Source of the DNA: Eledone cirrhosa
Lineage: Eukaryota
Direction of reading: 5' to 3'
DNA: 64,000 nucleotides
Assembly (NCBI GenBank): GCA_964016885.1
Contig: OZ024742.1
Span: forward strand, 46,624,001 to 46,688,000
The notes under the pieces are model-generated. The model did not search any database, was not told the DNA's origin, and was given only the letters and a program-made list of their open reading frames with translations. How positions within the stretch are numbered: position 1 is the stretch's first letter; each line of letters starts with the position of its first letter. Below are positions 39,201 through 51,122 of the stretch, in pieces. Made by a program: the position numbers and the translations under genes.

Positions 39201-42200
39201 TTCCCCTCACTACTATTACCTCCCGCTACTACTACCTTCCCCTCACTACTATTACTTCCCTCTACAACTACCTTCCCCTCACTACTATTACCTCCCTCTA
39301 CTACTACCTTCCCCTCACTACTATTACCTCCCTCTACAACTACCTTCCCCTCACTACTATTACTTCCCTCTACAACTACCTTCCCCTCACTACTATTACC
39401 TCCCTCTACTACTACCTTCCCCTCACTACTATTACCTCCCTCTACAACTACCTTCCCCTCACTACTATTACTTCCCTCTACAACTACCTTCCCCTCACTA
39501 CTATTACCTCCCTCTACTACTACCTTCCACTTACTACTATTGCCTCCCCTACAACTACCTTCCCCTCACTACTATTACCTCCCTTTACTACTACCTTCCC
39601 CTCACTACTATTACCTCCCTCTACTACTACCTTCCCCTCACTACTATTACCTCCCTCTACAACTACCTTCCCCTCACTACTATTACTTCCCTCTACAACT
39701 ACCTTCCCCTCACTACTATTACCTCCCTCTACTACTACCTTCCCCTCACTACTATTACCTCCCTCTACAACTACCTTCCCCTCACTACTATTACTTCCCT
39801 CTACAACTACCTTCCCCTCACTACTATTACCTCCCTCTACTACTACCTTCCACTTACTACTATTGCCTCCCCTACAACTACCTTCCCCTCACTACTATTA
39901 CCTCCCTTTACTACTACCTTCCCCTCACTACTATTACCTCCCGCTACTACTACCTTCCTCTCACTACTATTACTTCCCTCTACAACTACCTTCCACTCAC
40001 TACTATTACCTCCCTCTACTACTACCTTCCACTCACTACTATTACATCCCTCTACTACTACCTTCCCCTCATTACCATTACCTCCCTCTACTACTACCTT
40101 CCCCTCACTACTATTACCTCCCTCTACAACTACCTTCCACTTACTACTATTGCCTCTCCTACAACTACCTTCCCCTCACTACTATTACCTCCCTCTACTA
40201 CTACCTTCCACTCACTACTATTACCTCCCTCAACTACGACCTTCCCCTCATTACTATTACCTCCCTCTACTACTACCTTCCCCTCACTACTATTACCTCC
40301 CTCAACTACGACCTTCCCCTCACTACTATTACCTCCCTCTACTACTACCTTCCCCTCACTACTGTTACTTCCCTCTACAACTACCTTCGCCTCACTACTA
40401 TTACCTCCCTCTACAACTACCTTCGCCTCACTACTATTACCTCCCTCTACTACTACCTTCCCCTCACTACTATTACCTCCCTCTACAACTACCTTCCACT
40501 TACTACTATTGCCTCTCCTACAACTACCTTCCCCTCACTTCTATTACCTCCCTCAACTACGACCTTCCCCTCATTACTATTACCTCCCTCTACTACTACC
40601 TTCCACTCACTAATATTACTACCCTCTACAACTACCTTCCCCTCACTACTATTACCTCCCGCTACTACTACCTTCCCCTCACTACTATTACCTCCCTCTA
40701 CTACTACCTTCCCGTCACTACTATTACCTCCCTCTACTACTACCTTCCTCTCACTACTATTACTTCCCTCTACAACTACCTTCCCCTCACTACTATTACC
40801 TCCCTCTACTACTACCTTCCCCTCACTACTATTACCTCCCTCTACTACTACCTTCCCCTCACTACTATTACTTCCCTCTACAACTACCTTCCACTCACTA
40901 CTATTACCTCCCTCTACTACTACCTTCCCCTCACTACTATTACCTCCCTCTACAACTACCTTCCCCTTACTACTATTACCTCCTTCTACTACTACCTTCC
41001 CCTCACTACTATTACCTCCCTCTACTACTACCTTCCTCTCACTACTATTACTTCCCTCTACAACTACCTTCCACTCACTACTATTACCTCCCTCTACTAC
41101 TACCTTCCCCTCACTACTATTACTTCCCTCTACAACTACCTTCCACTCACTACTATTACTTCCCTCTACTACTACCTTCCCCTCACTACTATTACCTCCC
41201 TCTACTACTACCTTCCCCTCACTACTATTACCTCCCTCTACTACTACCTTCCCCTCACTACTATTACTTCCTTTTACAACTACCTTCCCCTCACTACTAC
41301 TACCTCCCTCTACTACTACCTTCCTCTCACTACTATTACTACCCTCTACAACTACCTTCCCCTCACTACTATTACCTCCCTCTACTCCTACCTTCCCCTC
41401 ACTACTATTACCTCCCTCTACTACTACCTTCCCCTCACTACTATTACCTCCCTCTACTACTACCTTCCACTCACTACTATTACCTCCCTCTACTACTACC
41501 TTCCTCTCACTACTATTACCTCCCTCTACTACTACCTTCCCCTCACTACTATTACCTCCCTCTACTACTACCTTCCCCTCACTACTATTACTTCCCTCTA
41601 CAACTACCTTCCCCTTACTACTATTACCTCCCTCTACTACTACCTTCCCCTCACTACTATTACTTCCCTCTACAACTACCTTCCCCTTACTACTATTACC
41701 TCCCTCTACTACTACCTTCCTCTCACTACTATTACTACCCTCTACAACTACCTTCCCCTCACTACTATTACCTCCCTCTACTACTACCTTCCCCTCACTA
41801 CTATTACTTCCCTCTACAACTACCTTCCCCTCACTACTATTACCTCCCTCTACTACTACCTTCCCCTCACTACTATTACTTCCCTCTACAACTACCTTCC
41901 CCTCACTACTATTACCTCCCTCTACTACTACCTTCCCCTCACTACTATTACTTCCCTCTACAACTACCTTCCCCTTACTACTATTACCTCCCTCTACTAC
42001 TACCTTCCTCTCACTACTATTACTACCCTCTACAACTACCTTCCCCTCACTACTATTACCTCCCTCTACTACTACCTTCCCCTCACTACTATTACCTCCC
42101 TCTACAACTACCTTCCCCTTACTACTATTACTACCCTCTACTACTACCTTCCACTCACTACTATTACCTCCCTCTACTACTACCTTCCCCTCACTACTAT

Positions 42201-42679
42201 TACTACCCTCTACTACTACCTTCCTCTCACTACTATTACTTCCCTCTACAACTACCTTCCCCTCACTACTATTACCTCCCTCTACTACTACCTTCCACTC
42301 ACTACTATTACTACCCTCTACTACTACCTTCCCCTCACTACTATTACCTCTTCCTACAACTACTTTCCCCTCACTACTATTACCTCCCTCTACAACTACC
42401 ATCCCCTCACTACTATTACCTCCCACTACCACTACCTTCCCCTCACTACTATTACCTCTTCCCACAACTACTTTCCCCTTACTACTATTACCTCCCACTA
42501 CCACTACCTTCCCTTCACTACTATTACCTCCCTCTACAACTACCTTCCCCTCACTACTATTACCTCTTCCTACAACTACCTCCCCCTTACTACTATTACC
42601 TCCCACTACTACTACCTTCCTCTCACTACTATTACCTCCCTCTACAACTACCTTCCCCTCACTACTATTACCTCCTATT
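33250..42679 (+). repeat. ~9.4-kb minisatellite, 36-bp unit CCTCACTACTATTACCTCCCTCTACTACTACCTTCC (~260 copies; 34- and 35-bp variants)
   Basis: Read directly; the 12-aa periodicity in the ORF track agrees. The top strand is almost devoid of G. Confidence 0.97.
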
Positions 42680-43047
42680 AAGGGGAAGGTAGTTGTACGG
42701 GGAGGTAATAGTAGTGAGGGAAGATATTTGTAGAGGGAGGTAATATTAGTGAGGGGAAGGCAGTTTTAGAGGGAGGTAACAGTAGTGAGGAGAAGGCAGT
42801 TGTAGAGGGAGGTAATAGTAGTGAGGGGAAGGTAGTTTTAGAGTGAAGTAATAGTAGTGAGGGGAAGGTAGTTGTAGAGGGAGGTAATAGTAGTGAGGGG
42901 AAGGTAGTTGTAGAGGGAGGTAATAGTAGTGAAGGGAAGGTAGTTGTGAGGGAGGTAATAGTAGTGAGGGAATATAGTTGTAGAGGGAGGAAATAGTAGT
43001 GAGGGGAATGTAGTTGTAGGAAGAGGTAATAGTAGTGAGGGGAAGGT
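42680..43047 (-). repeat. Inverted block (~10 units) of the same 36-bp minisatellite
   Basis: AGGGGAAGGTAGTTGTAGAGGGAGGTAATAGTAGTG is the reverse complement of the unit. Confidence 0.95.
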
Positions 43048-43525
43048 ACTACCTCCCCAACCACTACTACCTCCCCCACAACTACTACCTTCCCCACAAC
43101 TAAACGTCTCCCCACAACTAATACCTCAGCCCACAACTATTACATTCCCCCACAACTAATACCTCCCCCCACAACTAATACCCCCCCAACTAATACCTCG
43201 CCCCAATTAACACTTTCCCCACAAATACTACCTCCCCCCACAACTAATACCTCCCTCCACAGCTAATACCTCACCCCACAACAACTACCTCCCCTCATAA
43301 CTACTACCTCCCCCCACAACTACTACCTCCCCCCACAACAACTACCTCCCCTCATAACTACTACCTCCCCCCACAACTACTACCTTCCCACACAACTACT
43401 ACCTCCCCCCCACCACTAATACCACCACCCACAACTAATACCTCACCCCACAACTACTACCTCCACCCACACCTACTCCCCCCACAACTACTACCTCCCC
43501 CACAACTACTACCTCCACCCAACAC
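43048..43525 (+). repeat. Heterogeneous ~18-bp minisatellite CCCCACAACTACTACCTC
   Basis: Read directly; it resembles one half of the 36-bp unit. Confidence 0.9.
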
Positions 43526-43662
43526 TACAACAGCTACTAAAAACTAACATCTAAACAAAACAACTAAACCAGGAATAACGATTGAAAGATGGAAGTGTCA
43601 GGGAGGAATGTTACTTGTTAGTTTGACAAATGAACAATCACCGGAAGTTGATATTTACTTAC

Positions 43663-46014
43663 TTGCCGCTCAATATTCTGTGTTGTTGTTACTGTTGTTG
43701 ATACACTTGTTTTTACTGTTGTTATTGGTGTTGTTATTAATGTTGTTCTAGGTGTTGTTGGTGTTGTTGCTGTTGTTGGTGTTCAGCTTGTTTTAGGTGT
43801 TGTTGGTGCTGTTGCTGTTGTTGATGTTGTTGCTGTTGTTGGTGTTAAGCTTGTTTTAGGTGTTGTTGGTGCTGTTGCTGTTGTTGGTGTTGTTGCTGTT
43901 GTTGGTGTTAAGCTTGTTTTAGGTGTTTTTGGTGCTGTTGCTGTTGTTGGTGTTGTTGCTGTTGTTGGTGTTAAGCTTGTTTTAGGTGTTGTTGGTGCTG
44001 TTGCTGTTGTTGGTGTTGTTGGTGTTCAGCTTGTTTTAGGTGTTGTTGGTGCTGTTGCTGTTGTTGGTGTTGTTGGTGTTCAGCTTGTTTTAGGTGTTGT
44101 TGGTGCTGTTGCTGTTGTTGGTGTTGTTGCTGTTGTTGGTGTTAAGCTTGTTTTAGGTGTTGTTGGTGCTGTTGCTGTTGTTGGTGTTGTTGCTGTTGTT
44201 GGTGTTAAGCTTGTTTTAGGTGTTGTTGGTGCTGTTGCTGTTGTTGGTGTTGTTGCTGTTGTTGGTGTTAAGCTTGTTTTAGGTGTTGTTGTTGCTGTTG
44301 TTGGTGTTCAGCTTGTTTTAGGTGTTGTTGGTGCTGTTGCTGTTGTTGGTGTTGTTGCTGTTGTTGGTGTTGTTGCTGTTGTTGGTGTTAAGCTTGTTTT
44401 AGGTGTTGTTGGTGCTGTTGCTGTTGTTGGTGCTGTTGCTGTTGTTGGTGTTGTTGCTGTTGTTGGTGTTCAGCTTGTTTTAGGTGTTGTTGGTGCTGTT
44501 GCTGTTGTTGGTGCTGTTGCTGTTGTTGGTGTTGTTGCTGTTGTTGGTGTTAAGCTTGTTTTAGGTGTTGTTGGTGCTGTTGCTGTTGTTGGTGCTGTTG
44601 CTGTTGTTGGTGTTGTTGCTGTTGTTGGTGTTCAGCTTGTTTTAGGTGTTGTTGGTGCTCTTGCTGTTGTTGGTGTTGTTGCTGTTGTTGGTGTTCAGCT
44701 TGTTTTAGGTGTTGTTGGTGCTGTTGCTGTTGTTGGTGTTGTTGCTGTTGTTAGTGCTGTTGTTGTTGTTGTTGCTGTTGTTGATGTTAAGCTTGTTTTA
44801 GGTGTTGTTGGTGCTGTTGCTGTTGTTGGTGTTGTTGCTGTTGTTGGTGTTCAGTTTGTTTTAGCTGTTGTTGGTGCTGTTGCTGTTGTTGGTGCTGTTG
44901 CTGTTGTTGGTGTTGTTGCTGTTGTTGGTGTTCAGCTTGTTTTAGGTGTTGTTGGTGCTGTTGCTGTTGTCGGTGTTAAGCTTGTTTTAGGTGTTGTTGG
45001 TGCTGTTGCTGTTGTTGGTGCTGTTGCTGTTGTTGGTGTTGTTGCTGTTGTTGGTATTGTTGCTGTTGTTGGTGTTCAGCTTGTTTTAGGTGTTGTTGGT
45101 GCTGTTGCTGTTGTTGGTGCTGTTGCTGTTGTTGGTGTTATTGCTGTTGTTGGTGTTCAGCTTGTTTTAGGTGTTGTTGGTGCTGTTGCTGTTGTTGGTG
45201 CTGTTGCTGTTGTTGGTGTTGTTGCTGTTGTTGGTGTTAAGCTTGTTTTAGGTGTTGTTGGTGCTGTTGCTGTTGTCGGTGTTAAGCTTGTTATAGATGT
45301 TATTGGTGTTGTTCTTGTTAATATTGTCCTGGGGTTGTTGTTGTTGTAAATCTTGTCGATGTTGTTATTGGTGTTATTAATGTTGTTGTTGTTGGTGTTA
45401 TTATTGTTGTTGTTAGTGTTTTTGTTGCTTTTGATGGTGTTGTTAATGTCGGTGTTGTTGTTGGTATTGTTGTTAATGCTGTTGTTGGTGTTGGTATTGT
45501 TATTAATGCTGTTGTTGGTGTTGTTCTTGTTAATGTTGTTAGTGTTGTTGTCAGTGATGTAGTTGTTGTTGGTGTTATTAATGTTGTTGTTGGTGTTTTT
45601 GTTGGTTTTGTTGGTGTTGTTAATGTCGGTGTTGTTGTTGGTATTGTTGTTAATGCTGTTGTTGGTGTTGTTCTTATTAATTTTGTTAGTGTTGTTATTG
45701 TCGGTGTTGTAGTTGTTGTATGGTGTTGTTATTAAAGTTGTTGTTGTTGTTGTCGGTGTTGTAGTTGTTGTTAAAGTTGTTGTTATTGGTGGTGGTCTTG
45801 TTAATGTTCACGGTGTTACTGGTGGTGATCTTACTGTTGTTTTTAATCGTGTTGTTACACTTGTTCTCAGTGTTGTTGTCACTGTTGTTCTTTTCGTTAC
45901 TGTTATTGTTAGTGTTGTTGGTGTTGTTGTTGGTGTTGTTGCTATTGTTGTTACTGTTTTCAGCTATGATCGATCACATATTGTTGACCTCAGGTAACAT
46001 GTGTGTTATACACT
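43663..46014 (-). pseudogene. Candidate decayed mucin-like (Thr/Pro-rich) exon containing a TTATAPTTPKTS(L/*)TP tandem repeat (43780-45290)
   Basis: Minus frame reads HTCYLRSTICDRS*LKTVTTIATTP...TTPRTTLITTPITTVKTSVSTTVTTTQNIERQ|GTAAGT. AG acceptor at 46016-46015; several stops and two compensating frameshifts. Confidence 0.4.
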
Positions 46015-46080
46015 CTATTTAAAACATTGAAATCTGTGACAGAAATTGATTTCTAAGCATTGTACTTACATATATTCACA

Positions 46081-46331
<251 letters not shown>

Positions 46332-46365
46332 GTATGTATGTATGTATGTATATATATATATATAC

Positions 46366-46406
<41 letters not shown>

Positions 46407-46409
46407 TGT

Positions 46410-47302
46410 TGTTATACTTGGGGAGGGTCATATTTGTGTAATATTGCCAGAATTAATAACAGAACACACTCACTGTTTCGTTGGTTTTAATCTAACTTAC
46501 TCGGTCCTCAATATTGCCATTGACTGACCGACGGTCAAAAATAATACAGATACAATATAGACACAAACACATATATATAGTTTATCACAAATCTTTCGTT
46601 GCACATCTGCAACATCGTCAGTGGTGCTATATTTTCCTCCTGTTGTATTGTATGTCTACGCCATTTTTATTCAGTCTGTCTATATATTTTCTTTATTTAT
46701 TTGCTTGTTTGTTTATTTTATTTTGTCTTCTTTGCGCATGCGTTTGCGTGTGTGTATAGTGTTTTGTTTGCTGTGTGATGGGTGACTAGTGTGTGTTTAT
46801 GTGCTTGTTATTATTGTGCTTGTGTATGTATTTATTTATTTATTTATTTATTTTATTTTATTTACTTATTTATACTTCTCTTAGGTCAGTGTTGTTTGTT
46901 TGGGTGTTGTTGTTATTCCATTCATTCTTTCTGTTTAGCCTTGGTCTTCTAATTTCTATTTCACTGGCCTCTCTGATTTGCCTATCTGCTGGGTCAATTC
47001 TATGTTTAGATATTATTCTAATTTCTATGTTGTCTATGTTACCGTCATGTTGTTGTCTAGCATGTTCGTATAGTACTGACCCGTTTTTTCGTCCTTTTAG
47101 TTCCCCCCAGTGTTGGTCTATCCTTTCACCTATGCTACGAGCTGTCTCACCTATGTATGTTGTTGTCATGTTTCTGCAAGTACCCTCTGTACATCTTATT
47201 CTATAGACTACGTTTCTAGTTTTACAGTTTATCTGGGAGTCCACCTTACATATGATACATTTCCTATTAGTACAGTGGGTTTTCTTAAAAGGGTAGGTTT
47301 TG
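46410..47302 (-). mobile_element. 5'-truncated Penelope-like element: Cys-rich linker, GIY-YIG endonuclease and 3' region with hammerhead-like motif
   Basis: [76 protein letters not shown]. Motif CTGACGA T GTTGCA..TGCAAC GAAAG at ~46586-46626. Flanked by (TA)n on both sides. Confidence 0.88.
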
Positions 47303-47321
47303 CTATATATATTTATATATG

Positions 47322-47415
<94 letters not shown>

Positions 47416-47475
47416 CACATATATATACATATATATACATATATATATATATACATATATGTATATATACATACA

Positions 47476-47506
<31 letters not shown>

Positions 47507-47522
47507 CACAGATGTATATATG

Positions 47523-47611
<89 letters not shown>

Positions 47612-47973
47612 CACATATATACATATATAATAGATATACATAGAATGTACATACACACATATAATAAAGAACCAGTAAAGAGAAACTAAACAACAGAAAA
47701 CAAAAGTGACGTTATGAGAAGGGGGGAGGGGATGGTGTTTGAAACAGAAGAAGTAGTTTATAGCAATAACAAACAAAAAAGGAGTAACAAAAATATAAGC
47801 TAAGAAAATGAAACGTAAAGAAAACGCAATATGCGAGTTAGTGAATAACGTATACAGGCACGTTTGGGAGCACACACACATATTTCTTAAAAGCTATATA
47901 TTAGATATTTACAGTACAACTTGAACTTTCGCCATCACGCCTACACCTGCGCCCGCGTGCACACACACACAAA

Positions 47974-48060
<87 letters not shown>

Positions 48061-48121
48061 CGTGTCCTGAAAATGTATACACACTTTCATTAAAATGCTA
48101 TTGAAGTGTGTATACATTTTT

Positions 48122-48397
48122 TGTTTCTACTTTAGGCACAAGGCCAGCAATTACTCAGTGCATTACTGGTACTTTATTTTATCGACCCCGTAAGGATGAA
48201 AGGCAAAGTCAACCTCGGCGGGATTTGAACTCAGATCGTAAAGGGACGTAACTATACTGGAAAGCATAGCGTCCGACCCTCTACCGATACTGCCAATCCA
48301 CCGCCCTATATATATATAGTAATAATTGTTTCTACTTTAGGCACAAGGCCAGCAATTACCCAGTGCATTACTGGTACTTTATTTTATCGACCCCGTA
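48122..48397 (-). mobile_element. Full SINE (48122-48306) plus tandem 3' fragment (48327-48397)
   Basis: Same motifs as the other SINE copies. Confidence 0.9.
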
Positions 48398-48621
48398 ATA
48401 TAGTAATAATAATAAATTTGAAGACTAAAATCCAAAGAGGGCTCGATAAGGATAAATATATATCAAATATATAAGAACCGTAGAGCTGTCTTCCTCCGGT
48501 TGCAACGTTTTTTGAAATATTCACTTCTGTGTTCACAGATTGACTTTGTTAGTTTCAGAAGATCCTGTTAAGGCTGAAAGCAGCGATTCTTTGCTTAAAC
48601 TTTAATCTGTTATTTTAATAA

Positions 48622-48652
<31 letters not shown>

Positions 48653-48720
48653 TATGACCACATACACACACACACATATATATATATATGTGTGTGTGTG
48701 TGGTCATATATGTGTGTGCT

Positions 48721-48788
<68 letters not shown>

Positions 48789-49780
48789 TAAAGTGAGAGA
48801 AAGAGAGAGTAAGGAAATGCGAAGTAGTTGCAGATGTTAAAGTCCTTTATTGATAAGGCTGTGATACATATTTCAATGACAACAATGGCCTCGTCATTCC
48901 GTGCAACCAGTGCCATGATCTCAGCAGGCAACTTCATTACATAAGAAGGTTACGTTCTCGAGGCAATCGAAACTAAAACGACAAGGGAACGGACAAAGAT
49001 GTTGTTTTTGAAGCCTTCGCCCGTTCCATATATATATATATATGAGCACAATACACACGCACTGACACAAGTACACACTCACACACACACACACATGTAT
49101 GTAAATATATACAGTATGTAACTACAAAAATTAATATCGGAGTCACAACTTTATAAATTCGAAGTCTATATCATACTGTCTAGTTGTGATACATCTTTTG
49201 GCAGAACGTGAGGCATTTATCACATAACTCACGTTTATCATATAACTTTGATAACTTTGATAGGTTTCGGCGAGTATTGGCCCAGTCCATGTCTAACTTA
49301 ATATCACATTTCTATATGACTCACGTTTGCTCTGCTGTTGATTGTAGGTATTATACAGAATAGACTATTACTCATAGCTAATCATTAATATAAATCTTAA
49401 TTTCGTATAAATCTTAATTTCTTATCCACTTTAACAGCATTGGCAAATATTTAAGATAGATTTGGTGGGCAGTTTAAATCCACGAGAGAATAGTAAAATT
49501 TGATAATCCAGCAATTTGATGAAATAATTGGTTCGATTTACAGGAGACTTTAGTTCTAAATTGACAGGATATATCCCGAGATACTACCATATTGCATTAA
49601 TTGCTGTATATATTTGCCAAGAATACACTAAAATGAGATTTACTGATGAAGGTTGAACGAATTTGTCAAATTTGCTATGAATTGGTGCTGAATTAGGTGT
49701 TGATTCAGGTAATTTAATATTGTTACATATACTGAAATATGGAAATAGATGTCATAAGTTATGGAAACAAAGGATATCAG

Positions 49781-49836
<56 letters not shown>

Positions 49837-50564
49837 GGCTCTACAGACACGGGCGCCCGGGTAGGGACCCCGCCAAAAAGATCTGTCCCAGATGCGTGTG
49901 CGACGAGGAAACCGTTGCACACGCATTGGTACACTGCTCGGGCGTAGCCGATCTGTGGGGCTATGTCGAACAACTGCTGTCAAGGGTGGGACCGATCCGG
50001 TTGACCACCGAGTCTATTGTAATGATCAAGCCGCCTCCCCCCTTCAAAGATGAAGCAGAGGCGGTGTTTCTGTGCGTAATAGCCATGGCGAAAGAGGTTG
50101 TATGGTGGACGCGTCTGAAAGGACTGAGGTCAGGCACCTTTCTCTCTGGCCAACAACTGGTCCGTTTCTTCCGATATCATTTCGGAAGAAGGATCAGGAT
50201 GGAGAGAGAGGTGCTGCACCCCAGCCGTTTCTATGAAAGATGGGTGAAAGTGGCGAGAATGGCCCGTGTGAATGGGCCTTCACTCTACATCAGACTATAG
50301 GTGAGGAAGATGAAAGACCAAGGGAGCACCCCTTCTCTGTGCTCCTGAGGAGAAGGGTTGCACACTTTTTTCGGGGGTGTGTGCGACCCCCCAAGGCGCC
50401 TCCTCTCTATTGAGGATTTTGTTAAAAATTTTATTTTTTGTTATATCTTATTTTATTTTTATATTTTGTTATTGCCTCCTCCTTATTGAGGACGCCTTTT
50501 TGTGTAAACTCCCCCCTTTGTACTTGTCCCACTTTTGATGCCCTAGTGGCAAATAAAAGAAACA
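49837..50564 (+). mobile_element. 5'-truncated Tx1-type LINE (family C) inserted in (TCTA)n
   Basis: Near-identical to 15720-16308. Flanked by (TCTA)14 at 49781-49836 and (TATC)n at 50565-50585. The ORF2 C-terminus is intact to the stop at 50300. Confidence 0.93.
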
Positions 50565-50819
50565 TATCTATCTATCTATCTATCTGTATGTATGTATGTA
50601 TGTATGTATGTATGTATGTATGTATGTATGTATGTATGTATGTATGTATGTATGTATGTATGTATGCATATGTGATAGGCGAGGTTTAATTTGGTGTGGA
50701 TCAAATCCACAATAGGAGACAACTGACGAAAATATTAAAACCAGAAATCCACTGATTTGAAAATCGATATCAAAGATTTCTAAACTAGGCATAATGGCAG
50801 AAATCTAGGTGTGTGTGGG

Positions 50820-51122
50820 AAAGCCGATTATACCGACCTAAGCACCTTAATGGTACTTTATTTTATAGACCCTAAAAGGATGAAAAGTTGACTTCGGCGG
50901 GATTTAGGGAGCCAAAATTAAAGAAACAAAAATGACCCCACGTGAGTAAGTTGTTCCATGCCGCTGCACAAGTATTAGAGGTATATATGTAAATATTAGT
51001 GTTCCATTTAGAATAATTGTTTCTACTTTAGGCACAAGGCCAGCAATTACCCAGTGCATTACTGGTACTTTATTTTATCGACCCCGTAAGGATGAAAGGC
51101 AAAGTCAACCTCGGCGGGATTT
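50820..51122 (-). mobile_element. Two SINE fragments (~50820-50905, 51018-51122)
   Basis: Core and tail motifs. Confidence 0.75.

Noticed and set aside
33201-42733. ORFs of 3156, 2985, 705 and 654 aa
   Set aside because: They are translations of the 36-bp satellite. A nearly G-free strand seldom forms stops, several frames are open at once, and indel variants shift the frame freely.
48652-48710. Small palindrome ATATGACCACA..TGTGGTCATAT
   Set aside because: It is mostly (CA)(TA)(TG) microsatellite symmetry with ~10 unique bp, too little to interpret.
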